Shown: piece after piece, positions 39,928-49,235 of the stretch
Position numbering within the stretch: position 1 is the stretch's first letter
How the letters are laid out: each line of letters opens with the position of its first letter
From: an uncultured delta proteobacterium
GTDB lineage: Bacteria; Myxococcota_A; Polyangia; Haliangiales; Haliangiaceae
Length of the DNA: 64,000 bases
NCBI GenBank assembly: GCA_963848295.1
Contig: CAWKDB010000010.1
Span: 3,328,001 to 3,392,000, forward strand
Direction: 5' to 3'
Made by a program: the position numbers and the translations under genes
Notes under the pieces: generated by a model
What the model was told of the DNA's origin: nothing
The model's database searches: none
The model's input: only the letters and a program-made list of their open reading frames with translations

Positions 39928-40790
39928 CGAGAGCCTCCTTGAGCACGAGCGGGAACGCGCCACCACGAAGCCGATGGCGTTGGAGCGAGCGTGGCGAGCG
40001 TCCGGGTCAGCTGGCGGATCGCGCGCGCGGCGGGCGAGTCGGGTGCGTGGGCGAGCAGCGGCACGCCGATCTGCGCGGCCTCGGCGACCGCGGGATCGGC
40101 TGGAATCGGCGGCAACGCGGTGACCTCGAGATCGAGGAAGCGCGCGACGAGGGCACCGAGCCGGGCGACGAGCTCGTCGGCGTGGGCGCGCGAGCTGACG
40201 CGATTCGGCACGAGGTACGCGTGGCGCACGCCCTGCTCGGTCGCGAGCACCTTGAGACACGCGTACGCATCCGCGATCGACAGCGGCTCGGGGTTGACGA
40301 CGACGATCGCGTCGGTCGTGGCGCCCGCGAACATCGTCTGCGCCTGGCCGATGCCGGCGGCGATGTCGACGATCAGCGTGTCGAACTGCGAAGCGAGCAT
40401 GTCGACGAGGTCGAGCATGCGGCGCTGTACGCTCGGGCCGATCGTCGACAGCAAGTAGCTGCCGTTCAGCGCGGGCAGGAGGTGGATGCCGTGCGCGGCG
40501 AGCAACACGTCTTGCACCGGGGTGCCGCCGAGCGCGTCGAGGATGCTGCGTTCCGGCGCGACGCCGAGCAGCAAGTTGAGGTCGGCCATGCCGAGATCGG
40601 TGTCGACGACGAGCGTGCGCGAGCCGGTCTGCGCGTAGGCGAGTGCGAGGTTGACCGCGATCGTGCTCTTGCCGACGCCGCCTTTGCCACCGGCGACCGC
40701 GATCGCCCGGCGCGCGGGGGCCACGAACGTCGGTGGCTGGCTGCCGCCGCCCCCTCGAATCACACGCAATGTAGCTGCTTGGTCGGTCAC
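39924..40790 (-). CDS. flhG: FlhG/FleN ATPase
   Basis: MTDQAATLR N-terminus, GGKGGVGKS, D.DLGMA, PEPLSIADAYA. Confidence 0.9.
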   Translation of the reverse strand: MTDQAATLRVIRGGGGSQPPTFVAPARRAIAVAGGKGGVGKSTIAVNLALAYAQTGSRTLVVDTDLGMADLNLLLGVAPERSILDALGGTPVQDVLLAAHGIHLLPALNGSYLLSTIGPSVQRRMLDLVDMLASQFDTLIVDIAAGIGQAQTMFAGATTDAIVVVNPEPLSIADAYACLKVLATEQGVRHAYLVPNRVSSRAHADELVARLGALVARFLDLEVTALPPIPADPAVAEAAQIGVPLLAHAPDSPAARAIRQLTRTLATLAPTPSASWWRVPARAQGGSR

Positions 40791-40802
40791 GTCGGCTCCT
40801 GA

Positions 40803-41900
40803 TTACGCGGCGCGAGTACGGCTGTTGGACATCCCGGCGAGGCCAGCGGAGGCGAGCTCGAGCAAGCGCGCAGACGTCGGCTCCTCGAGATCTTCGGGAA
40901 CGGCCTGGCCGGTCGTGACCCAGGTGATCGGCAGCGCGAGACGCGCGGGTGATCGCGCGAGCTCGGGCGCGTCGTTGACCTCGTCGAGCTTCGTGAACAG
41001 CAAGCGCTGCGGGTTGAGAGCGCGCGTGCGGTGCGCGAGGTCGTCGATCGCGGCGACGTTCGTCGAGGCGGGAATGACCAGGTGGATCTCGATCGGCGGC
41101 AGGTTCGGCAGCGCCTCGGCGAGCTCGTCGATCGCGCGGTTGTCGCGCGGGCTGCGACCGGCGGTGTCGATCAAGACGAGGTCGTCGTTGCCGTCGAGGT
41201 AGTCGCGCAGGTCCGCCGGCGAATTCGCGACGTGGAGCGGCACGCCGATCAGGTCGGCGAACGTACGGATCTGCTCGATGCCGCCGACCCGATAGTTGTC
41301 GAGAGTGACGATCGAGACCCGCTTGCCTTCGACCAGCGCCGCGCGCGCGGCGAGCTTCGCGATCGTCGTGGTCTTGCCGGCGCCGGTCGGGCCGACCAGC
41401 ATGATCGCGTTGCCGATCGACGGGGCCGTCAGCGGCGCGTTCGGCGTGGGCACATCGTTGGCGATGTTCTTCGTGCTGTTCGGCTTCGCACCCGGCGCGG
41501 GTGCGAGCCGCAGCTCTTCGATCAGCTTGCGCAGCGCCGCGAGCTCGCCGCGGATCTCGGTCGTGCCACGGTTGTCGCTGCCGCTCGCGCGAACCAACGC
41601 GCGCAACGAGCGCAGCTCGCTGCGGATCGGCGCGATCAGCTTCTCGACGTTCTCCTCGTTGTTCACTTGCGGCGCGGCCTGAGCCTCGCGAGCGGCGGCG
41701 GCTGCTGCCGCGGCGAACCGTGGCATCCGCGGCGCGTCGTCGTCGCCGTCGTCGATCGCCGCCGAGATCTCCATCGCCGTGCCGAGCAGGCCGCGCCGGA
41801 TCTGCCGAGTCGCCACGATCACGGCTTCGTCGCCGAGCTCGGCTTTCACCTTCGCGACCGCCTCGCGCATCGTCGCGCCTTCGAACTTCATGATCTTCAT
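40803..41900 (-). CDS. flhF: SRP-type GTPase FlhF
   Basis: VKAELG.EAVI, GPTGAGKTTTIAKLAA, D.YR.G..EQ, DTAG, TKLDE, GQ.VPED. Confidence 0.93.
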   Translation of the reverse strand: MKIMKFEGATMREAVAKVKAELGDEAVIVATRQIRRGLLGTAMEISAAIDDGDDDAPRMPRFAAAAAAAAREAQAAPQVNNEENVEKLIAPIRSELRSLRALVRASGSDNRGTTEIRGELAALRKLIEELRLAPAPGAKPNSTKNIANDVPTPNAPLTAPSIGNAIMLVGPTGAGKTTTIAKLAARAALVEGKRVSIVTLDNYRVGGIEQIRTFADLIGVPLHVANSPADLRDYLDGNDDLVLIDTAGRSPRDNRAIDELAEALPNLPPIEIHLVIPASTNVAAIDDLAHRTRALNPQRLLFTKLDEVNDAPELARSPARLALPITWVTTGQAVPEDLEEPTSARLLELASAGLAGMSNSRTRAA

Positions 41901-43972
41901 GCGGCCTCTTGTGCGGAGATCACTCCGCGCGTGACGAACGGAACCGACGGATCGACCTCGCGGTAACTCATGACCGCGAGACCGGGAACGTGACGGGAGG
42001 CGATCTGCGACATCGTGCGGCGCAGATCAGGGGCGACGACCAACAGCGGCGGCTCGTCGCGCATCGCCAGGTCGCGAGCGCGGCCGGCGAGGTCTTCGGT
42101 CAGCTTCGACAGCGCGCGCGCGTGCTTGCCGCTGCCGTCGCGCAAGAGCGATTCGGCGCGCGGGTCGAGCACGAGCGGGCGCAGCGCGCCGTCGGTCGAC
42201 AGCTGGGCGCGGGTCAGCCGGCGCGCGAGGCGCTGGCGAACGTGCTCGGTCAGATCGTCGGGGTTCTTGACCGTCGCGGCGTGATCGGCGAGCGCCTCGA
42301 GGATCGAGCGCATGTCGCGAATCGAGACCCCTTCGCGCAGCAAGTTGCGCAGCACCTGCATCACCGCGCCCATCGACATCAGGTGCGGGATGAGCTCTTC
42401 GACGACCTTCGCGTTGTGCTTGCCGGTGATGTCGAGCAGCTCTTGCGCTTCCTTGCGGCCGAGCAGCTCGTGCGCGTTGCGGCGCAGCAGCTCGGTCAGG
42501 TGAGTCGCGATCACGGCGGCGGCGTCGACGACGGTGCAGCCCGCGGCCTCGGCGCGCAGCCGGTCGGTCGGCAGCAACCACTTCGCCGGCAGGCCGAACG
42601 TCGGCTCGGTCGTCGCCTCGCCGGGCAGCGCGCGCGTCGCCATGCCGGTCGGATCGATCGCGAGCACGCGGTGGGTGTTGACCTCGGCCGACGCGATCGG
42701 CACGCCGGACAGCAGCACGCGATACGCGCCGGGGCGGAGCTGGAGATCGTCGCGGACGTGGACCGGCGGCACGATGACGCCGAGCTCGCTCGCGAGCTGC
42801 TTGCGCAACGACGCGATCCGCTTGAGCAACTCACCGCCGCGATTCGCGTCGACCATGCCGAGCAGGTCGAGTCCGACCTCGAGGCCGAGCAGCTCGACCG
42901 GCAGCGCGGCTTCGATCTCGCCGCGATGGACCTTCTCGTCGGGGCGGAGCGGGTCGCCGGACTTGGTCGGTTTTCCGGCCGGCGCTTCGTTGCCGTTCGC
43001 GGCGGACGGCGACGAGCCGTCCTTCGCTTTCGTCGACGCCCACGCGGCGAGGCCGCCGAGGCCCAAGAACAGGAAGTGCGGCATGCCGGGGAGTAGGCCG
43101 ATCACCGAGAGCATCGCCGCGGTGACCGCGAGCGGGCGGCGGCGCGACAACAGCTGACCGCCGAGCGCCTTGCCGAGCTCGGCATCGTCGCTGCGCGTCG
43201 TGAGCAGCGCGGCGCCGGTCGACACGAGCAGTGCGGGGATCTGCGCGACCAGGCCGTCACCGATCGACAACACGGTGTAGGTCTGCGCGGCATGGCCGAT
43301 CGACATGCCCTTCTGGGCGACGCCGATCACGATCCCGCCGACGATGTTGACCGCGAGGACGAGCAGGCCGGCGATCGCATCGCCGCGCACGAACTTCGAG
43401 GCGCCGTCCATCGCGCCGTGGAAGTCGGCATCGCGCTGGATGTACTTGCGGCGCTCGCGCGCTTCCTTTTCGGTGATCAGGCCAGCGCCGAGATCGGCGT
43501 CGATCGCCATCTGCTTGCCCGGCATCGAATCCAACGTGAAGCGCGCCGAGACCTCCGAGATCCGCTCGGCGCCCTTCGTGATCACGATGAAGTTGACGAT
43601 CACGAGGATGAGGAAGACGACGCCGCCGACGACGAAGTTGCCGCGGATCACGAACTGGCCGAACGCCGCGATCACCGCGCCGGCGGCGTGCGAGTCGTTG
43701 CCGGTCAAGATCAGGCGGGTCGAGGCGACATTGAGCGCGAGCCGGAACAGCGTGACGAACAGCAACAACGACGGGAACGAGGCGAAGTCGGTCGCCTTCT
43801 CGACGTAGAACGCGACGAGGAACGTCAGCGCCGCGAGGCACAGCGACAGGCCGAGCAGCAAGTCGAACAGCGTCGGCGGCAGCGGCGCCATCGCGACCGC
43901 GAGGATGCCGACGAGCGCGCCGGCCATCACCCACTGGCCCGAGCGCGCGGGGGTAGCGGCGGCTGCGGTCAC
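41897..43972 (-). CDS. flhA: Export gate FlhA
   Basis: LNVASTRLIL, SEVSARFTLDSMPGKQMAIDADL, GAMDGASKFVRGD. Confidence 0.97.
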   Translation of the reverse strand: MTAAAATPARSGQWVMAGALVGILAVAMAPLPPTLFDLLLGLSLCLAALTFLVAFYVEKATDFASFPSLLLFVTLFRLALNVASTRLILTGNDSHAAGAVIAAFGQFVIRGNFVVGGVVFLILVIVNFIVITKGAERISEVSARFTLDSMPGKQMAIDADLGAGLITEKEARERRKYIQRDADFHGAMDGASKFVRGDAIAGLLVLAVNIVGGIVIGVAQKGMSIGHAAQTYTVLSIGDGLVAQIPALLVSTGAALLTTRSDDAELGKALGGQLLSRRRPLAVTAAMLSVIGLLPGMPHFLFLGLGGLAAWASTKAKDGSSPSAANGNEAPAGKPTKSGDPLRPDEKVHRGEIEAALPVELLGLEVGLDLLGMVDANRGGELLKRIASLRKQLASELGVIVPPVHVRDDLQLRPGAYRVLLSGVPIASAEVNTHRVLAIDPTGMATRALPGEATTEPTFGLPAKWLLPTDRLRAEAAGCTVVDAAAVIATHLTELLRRNAHELLGRKEAQELLDITGKHNAKVVEELIPHLMSMGAVMQVLRNLLREGVSIRDMRSILEALADHAATVKNPDDLTEHVRQRLARRLTRAQLSTDGALRPLVLDPRAESLLRDGSGKHARALSKLTEDLAGRARDLAMRDEPPLLVVAPDLRRTMSQIASRHVPGLAVMSYREVDPSVPFVTRGVISAQEAA

Positions 43973-45003
43973 GCGCTACCTCGCTTGAGCCGGTAGACGT
44001 ACGCGAGCACCTCGGCGACCGCCTTGTAGAGGTTCGACGGGATCGCGCGACCTTCCTTGACGTGCTTGTGCAGCGCGCGGGCGAGCGGCGGCCGGCTGAG
44101 GATCGGCACGCCCTTCTGGCGAGCCACTTCGCGGATCTTCTCGGCCGACTCGTCCATGCCCTTCGCGACGACGACCGGCGCGCGATCTTGCTTGTCGTCG
44201 TAGCGCAGCGCGACCGCGTAGTGCGTCGGGTTGACGACGACGACATCGGCGGTCGCGACCGCGGCTGCCATCCGCCGCTTCGCGAGCTCTTTCATGCGCT
44301 GCTTGCGCTTGCCCTTCACCATCGGATCGCCGTCCGACTCGCGGTGCTCGCGCTTGACCTCGTCCGAGGTCATCTTCATCTGCTCGTTGATCTTGCGGCG
44401 CGCCAGGATGTAGTCGACCGCGGCGACGACCGCGAGCGCGGGGACGACGAACCACAGCACGCGCGACACTTGGTGACCGGCGAGCGCCGCGAGGCTCGAC
44501 GCCTGCATCGGATGTGCTGCCATGCCCGGGCCGAGCGCGAGGTAGACGACCGCGCCGACGACGATCAGCTTCGCGAGCGCGGTGCCGGAGCGCTTGACCA
44601 TGCCGCCGAGCCCGAACACGTTCGGCAGGTTCTTGACCGGCGACATCCGGCTGAAGTCGATCGACGGCAGCTTGAACGCCGGTGGCCAGCCGAGCTGGAC
44701 CAGGATCGCGATGATCGCGGCGATCGCGGCGCCGGCGAGCACCGGTGCGGTCGCGGCGAAGAACGTGTGAACCGCGGCGCTCGGCAGGTCGATCGTCGGA
44801 GCGCCGTCGCTCGCGGTCGCGGCATCGCGCGTGAGCTGGAGCAGCGCCGACAACGCGAACGACGCGCCGGCGACCAGGGCGATCGCACCACCCGCGAGGG
44901 TCGCGGTCGACACCAGATCCTTCGACAACGCGAGCTCGCCGCGCTTGCGGAATTCTCTGATCCGCTTCGGCGAAGGCTTGTGGGTGCGTTGCGGATCGGA
45001 CAC
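43969..45003 (-). CDS. flhB: Export switch FlhB
   Basis: KMT..EVKRE.RESDGDP, NPTH autocleavage site, PPLARAL. Confidence 0.95.
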   Translation of the reverse strand: MSDPQRTHKPSPKRIREFRKRGELALSKDLVSTATLAGGAIALVAGASFALSALLQLTRDAATASDGAPTIDLPSAAVHTFFAATAPVLAGAAIAAIIAILVQLGWPPAFKLPSIDFSRMSPVKNLPNVFGLGGMVKRSGTALAKLIVVGAVVYLALGPGMAAHPMQASSLAALAGHQVSRVLWFVVPALAVVAAVDYILARRKINEQMKMTSDEVKREHRESDGDPMVKGKRKQRMKELAKRRMAAAVATADVVVVNPTHYAVALRYDDKQDRAPVVVAKGMDESAEKIREVARQKGVPILSRPPLARALHKHVKEGRAIPSNLYKAVAEVLAYVYRLKRGSA

Positions 45004-45018
45004 GGCGAGCGGAGTGAT

Positions 45019-45034
45019 TGCAACGCTCGCGCCG
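45019..45034 (-). promoter_or_regulatory. sigma54 promoter of flhB operon
   Basis: CGGCGC-GAGCG-TTGCA; -12 C is 17 nt before GTG 45003. Confidence 0.7.
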
Positions 45035-45122
45035 TCGCCAAGTCTGCGAGAATGCTCGCGATTGACGCGAGGCTGTCGCCAGCGCTGGCGATCGTCGCGA
45101 GCCTCGGCTGACGGCCTCGAGG

Positions 45123-45848
45123 CTACAGCGCGTCGTACAGCCGCGCCGCGGCGTCGCGTGCGAGCGCGGTGCAGTCGTTCGCGAAGCTCGCCGAGGTCGC
45201 GAGCAGCGTGAGCCCGCCGATGATCAGCACCGACGCGAGCGAGATCGAGAACACGTTGATCGACGGCACGGCGCGGTTCAGCACGGCGAGCCCGAGGTTG
45301 CCGACGAGCGCGGCGAGCACGATCGGCGCCGCGAGCGCGAAGCCGCGACCGAAAGCGGCGGTGCCCTCGGCGAGCAGTTGCGGGCCGAGTGCGGCGAAGT
45401 GGGAGAGCTGAGCGGGCCCGGCGGCGACGCCGCGGACGACCGCTTCGAGCCCGCCGACCGACAGAAACGCGAGGCTCGCGATCGTCGTCGCCATCGTCCG
45501 GATCACGCCGGCGTTCTCACCCGCGTGAACGTCGTACTCCGACGCGAAGCCCAGGCCGAGCGACAGGCCGATGAGCTGGCCGGCGATCGCCGCGCGCGCC
45601 ATCACGAACCGCGCGACCAGCCCGGTGACGATACCGGCGGCGAGCTCGAGCACCGCGGTCGCCGGTAGATCGCCGAGCGGTAGCGGCGCGCGATTGGCGC
45701 CGATCGCGAGGCCGACCGCGACGACGAACACCAGCTTCGCGCGCGCGGGGACTCCGGCGTCGCCGATCACCGGCGCGGTCACGGTCAGCGCGCCAGTGCG
45801 GAGCATCGACGCAATCGCCGCCGCGACCTCGCCTTCGCTCACCGTCAT
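45123..45848 (-). CDS. fliR: Export protein FliR
   Basis: VPARAK, AGQLIGLSLGLGFA..YD, LAAPI, LNRAVPSINVF. Confidence 0.88.
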   Translation of the reverse strand: MTVSEGEVAAAIASMLRTGALTVTAPVIGDAGVPARAKLVFVVAVGLAIGANRAPLPLGDLPATAVLELAAGIVTGLVARFVMARAAIAGQLIGLSLGLGFASEYDVHAGENAGVIRTMATTIASLAFLSVGGLEAVVRGVAAGPAQLSHFAALGPQLLAEGTAAFGRGFALAAPIVLAALVGNLGLAVLNRAVPSINVFSISLASVLIIGGLTLLATSASFANDCTALARDAAARLYDAL

Positions 45849-46156
45849 CGCGGTCCCTGGACGCCCACCGGATCTTCCCCGGTCGATGCCGCCGGCTGCG
45901 TGGACGATGCGGTGAACGCCTGCGTCGCGAATCGGCCGAGCTGATCGAGCATCCAGTGCCCGGCGAGCGCGATCACGAGCAGCGCCGCGGCGAGCTTCGG
46001 TACGAACGTCAGCACGCTCTCTTGCAGCTGAGTCGCCGTCTGGAACACGGCGACGGTGAGCCCGACGACGAGGCCAGCGACGAGGAACGGCGCGGCGACC
46101 GAGACGGTCACCGACAGCGCGTCGCGCCACAGGTCGAGCAGAGAATCGGTGGTCAC
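45845..46156 (-). CDS. fliQ: Export protein FliQ
   Basis: VGL.VAVFQTATQLQESVLTFVPKL. Confidence 0.93.
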   Translation of the reverse strand: MTTDSLLDLWRDALSVTVSVAAPFLVAGLVVGLTVAVFQTATQLQESVLTFVPKLAAALLVIALAGHWMLDQLGRFATQAFTASSTQPAASTGEDPVGVQGPR

Positions 46157-46884
46157 GCCATCGCCCCGCGGAGCAGCGACTCGACGACGAGGTGCCAACC
46201 GTCGATCATCACGAACACGAGCAACTTGATCGGCAGCGCGACGACCGAGGGCGGCACCATCACCATGCCGAGCGACGTGAGGATCGTCGCGGCGACCAGG
46301 TCGATGACGAGGAACGGCAAGAGGATCGTGAGGCCGATCTTGAACGCCGTGCGCAGCTCGGACACGATGAACGCGGGAATCGCGACGCGCAACGGAACGT
46401 CGTCGATCGTGGCAGGGCGCGGCGCCTTCGCGACCTCGAAGAACAGCGACAGATCGGACTCGCTCGTGCGCGACACGAGGAACTTGCGCAGCGGGGGCGT
46501 CGCGGCTTCGATCGCTTGCTTCTCGTCCATCTCGCCGTGCAGGTACGCGCGCCCGCCGGCGTCGTACATCTGGACGGCGACCGGCGCGGACACGAACACG
46601 GTCATGAACAGCGCGAGCCCGACGAGGACCTGATTCGGCGGCGCGGCCGGGGTGCCGAGACCGGTGCGAACGAAGCCCAAGACGACGACGAATCGCACGA
46701 AGCTCGTACACGACAAGATGATCGCGGGCAGCAGCGTGATCAGCGTCAGGACGACGACCATGCCGATCGCGCCGAACGGTCCTGCGCCGCCGGCGGATTG
46801 CGTCGCGCTCTGCAGCAGGTTTGCGGGCGCGACCGGCGCCTGAGCTGCCGCGGCGGTGACCGCTGCTGCGAGTCCGAAGATCAT
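46153..46884 (-). CDS. fliP: Export protein FliP
   Basis: TSFVR, PPNQVL.GLALF, PAF..SELRTAF.IG, LPIKLLVFV.IDGW. Confidence 0.95.
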   Translation of the reverse strand: MIFGLAAAVTAAAAQAPVAPANLLQSATQSAGGAGPFGAIGMVVVLTLITLLPAIILSCTSFVRFVVVLGFVRTGLGTPAAPPNQVLVGLALFMTVFVSAPVAVQMYDAGGRAYLHGEMDEKQAIEAATPPLRKFLVSRTSESDLSLFFEVAKAPRPATIDDVPLRVAIPAFIVSELRTAFKIGLTILLPFLVIDLVAATILTSLGMVMVPPSVVALPIKLLVFVMIDGWHLVVESLLRGAMA

Positions 46885-47936
46885 CGCTTGCCACCCGCAG
46901 CCGCGAGGATCTCGCGCGCCCACAGCGCGTCGGCGTCGACGTCATCGGTCGCGACATCCTCGTTGACCGGCTGCACCGTCTGGGCGCGCAGGCGGAGGAT
47001 GCCGTTGACCGCGGGGGAGCGATTCAGGGTCGTCGTGCGCGCTGTCGCGATCGTCGCCTGCGCGGTCGGGATGTCTTGCGCCTGGGCCCGCGGCATCATC
47101 GCCGGCGCCTGGCTCGAGCCGCGCGGCCACGAACCGAGCATGCGGACGTGCTGCGGCGTCACCGACACGATCAGCTCGCGATCACCGGCCGCGAGCCACA
47201 TCATCTTGGCCTTCGCGCCGAGCGACCGTTGCGCGATCAGCTCGATCGTTTGCATCGCCGACGGCTGCGCCTTCTTGCGCCGCATCAACCACACCCCGCA
47301 GCCCGCGGCGGCCAGGCCGAGCGCTCCGTAGGTCGTGATCTTCGACCACGCGTCGCTCTGATCGGGAGCGCCGAGCGTGGGTGCCGGCGACGCGGTCTGC
47401 GCCTTGTGCTCGGTCGCTACAGCGGCGAGCGGCTCGTGCTCGGTCTCGCTCGGACGCGGCGCGGGCTTGGCCGCCGGCGGCTCTGGGGCCACCACCTTGG
47501 GCGGTGCGATCGCCGCGGGCAGCGTCGGCTCGGGCAGCTTCGCGAGCTCGCCCTCGGCCGGGACTTTGCGCGGGAACAGCAAGTGGAGGTCGTCGCCGAC
47601 CTGGATCGCTTGTGCGAACCGGGCGAGCACCTTGACGCCGGCATGCTCGAAGCCGAGCTTGACGCTCAGTACCTTCGTCGAGTCTTCGTCCGCGATCTCG
47701 ATCTCTTTGACCGTGGCATCGGCCGGCAGCGCGCGCTTGATCGACGGTCGACCGGCGATCGCGACTTCGAGCCGCGACCGGATCGGGTAGACGATCGTGT
47801 GCGTCGCCTTGACGTTGTGCGCGATCACCTCGACCGCGTCGCCGCGATCGCGGAGCTCGAAGCTCGGCACGTCAGGCTCGGCGATGGCGAGCGATGGCGC
47901 GAGCAGGACGGCCGCGACGGCGAGCGCGCGCATCAC
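46881..47936 (-). CDS. fliO: FliO-like protein with signal peptide and large periplasmic N-domain
   Basis: Between fliN and fliP; TM then IELIAQRSLGAKAK.....AGDRELIVSVT..HVRML. Confidence 0.72.
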   Translation of the reverse strand: MMRALAVAAVLLAPSLAIAEPDVPSFELRDRGDAVEVIAHNVKATHTIVYPIRSRLEVAIAGRPSIKRALPADATVKEIEIADEDSTKVLSVKLGFEHAGVKVLARFAQAIQVGDDLHLLFPRKVPAEGELAKLPEPTLPAAIAPPKVVAPEPPAAKPAPRPSETEHEPLAAVATEHKAQTASPAPTLGAPDQSDAWSKITTYGALGLAAAGCGVWLMRRKKAQPSAMQTIELIAQRSLGAKAKMMWLAAGDRELIVSVTPQHVRMLGSWPRGSSQAPAMMPRAQAQDIPTAQATIATARTTTLNRSPAVNGILRLRAQTVQPVNEDVATDDVDADALWAREILAAAGGKR

Positions 47937-48220
47937 GAGTCCTTCTCGCCGGTGAGCTCGACGACGCGGATGCCGCAGCGTTCGCCGACCGCGATCGCTT
48001 CGGCGCGAGCGACGAGCCGGCCGTTGACCCGAACGTCGAGCCGCGCGCCGGTCGGCTTATCGAGCGTGATGATCGAGCCCGGGCCGAGTCGGGCCGCGAG
48101 CTCGGACAGGTTCATGCGGACGCGGCCGAGCTCGACCGTGAGCTCTAGCGGGACGTCGTGTAGTAACGATTCGAGCGCGGCGGGCTCGAAACCGGCGGGC
48201 TCTTCGATCGGGTCGCTCAT
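47933..48220 (-). CDS. fliN: C-ring protein FliN
   Basis: DVPLELTVELGR, GSIITLDK, VNGRLVA.AE, GIRV. Confidence 0.9.
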   Translation of the reverse strand: MSDPIEEPAGFEPAALESLLHDVPLELTVELGRVRMNLSELAARLGPGSIITLDKPTGARLDVRVNGRLVARAEAIAVGERCGIRVVELTGEKDS

Positions 48221-49152
48221 GACTTGGCTCCTTGACCGTGAACGATGCTGACGATCTGAACGGCGAGCACTCCGCGGCTCACCACCGGGCGGGCCCAGGC
48301 TTTCAGCGTGCCTTCGCAGAACACGGGCACGCGCGAATCGACGAAGCCGGGCAGCGTCAACGTCGTGCCCGGATCGAGCGCGCGCAGCTCGCGCATCCGC
48401 ATCCGCAGCGTGCCGAGCTCGACGACGACCTCGACCGGGACGTTCGCGAGCGCGTTCGCGACGAGCTGCGTGTTCGCCTTGATCGCGGCGAGCGCGAGCG
48501 GGCGTGGCACGAGCGCTTCGGGCCGCGCATAGATCTGGACGCGGCCGGCCGACGAGCCGTTGAACGCGAGCGCGACCCGCACGAGGCTGCGGGTCTCGAT
48601 CAGCCGGGCGACGACCGCGAGGTCGGTGCTCGCCGGCAATTCCTTGTCGAACACTTCGCGCCACGCCGAACCGAAGCTGTCGAGGATCACGCGGCCGGCG
48701 GGATGAAACAACCGCAGCGACGCACCGGTCGCGACGCGGTTGGCATCGGCGGTCGGGGCAGCGGCGCCACAGCGTCGAGCGGCGGCGACGTCGATGACGC
48801 CGCCGTGGACGGCGAGGACGAGCTCGGCGTCCGGCGACTGCATCGCACCGACCCAGCCGCCGCGCAGCTCTTCTTTCGCGGTCTGACCGTCGATGACTTC
48901 GGCGCCGACGACGTCGAGCTGCCACCCGGCCGGCAGGTGGCTGCGCAGCGCGCGATGTACGAGCCGTGTCCACCGGGTCGCCAGGTTGATCAGCACCGGA
49001 CGAGCTGCCTCGGCGAGCCGATCGTCGGCGATCAGCGCGAGCGGTGCGGCATCGCTCGCGTCGATCGCGGGGCTGGAGCGGCGCGGGGCCGACTGGCGAA
49101 TCGCGTCCTGGATCGCCTCCAGCTCTTCGTTATCGAGCAGCGCATCACTCAC
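48217..49152 (-). CDS. fliM: C-ring protein FliM (divergent)
   Basis: N-terminal LLDNEELEAI, C-terminal SpoA domain VPVEVVVELG, directly upstream of fliN. Confidence 0.75.
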   Translation of the reverse strand: MSDALLDNEELEAIQDAIRQSAPRRSSPAIDASDAAPLALIADDRLAEAARPVLINLATRWTRLVHRALRSHLPAGWQLDVVGAEVIDGQTAKEELRGGWVGAMQSPDAELVLAVHGGVIDVAAARRCGAAAPTADANRVATGASLRLFHPAGRVILDSFGSAWREVFDKELPASTDLAVVARLIETRSLVRVALAFNGSSAGRVQIYARPEALVPRPLALAAIKANTQLVANALANVPVEVVVELGTLRMRMRELRALDPGTTLTLPGFVDSRVPVFCEGTLKAWARPVVSRGVLAVQIVSIVHGQGAKS

Positions 49153-49164
49153 GCTGCGGGGTTT

Positions 49165-49180
49165 TGCAACCGCCGGGCCG
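49165..49180 (-). promoter_or_regulatory. sigma54 promoter of fliM operon
   Basis: CGGCCC-GGCGG-TTGCA; -12 C is 14 nt before GTG 49152. Confidence 0.72.
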
Positions 49181-49235
49181 CGCTACGTGCTCGATTCTAC
49201 TGAGAGCTCGCGCGGCGCTGTCGGCGACCTTGGCG

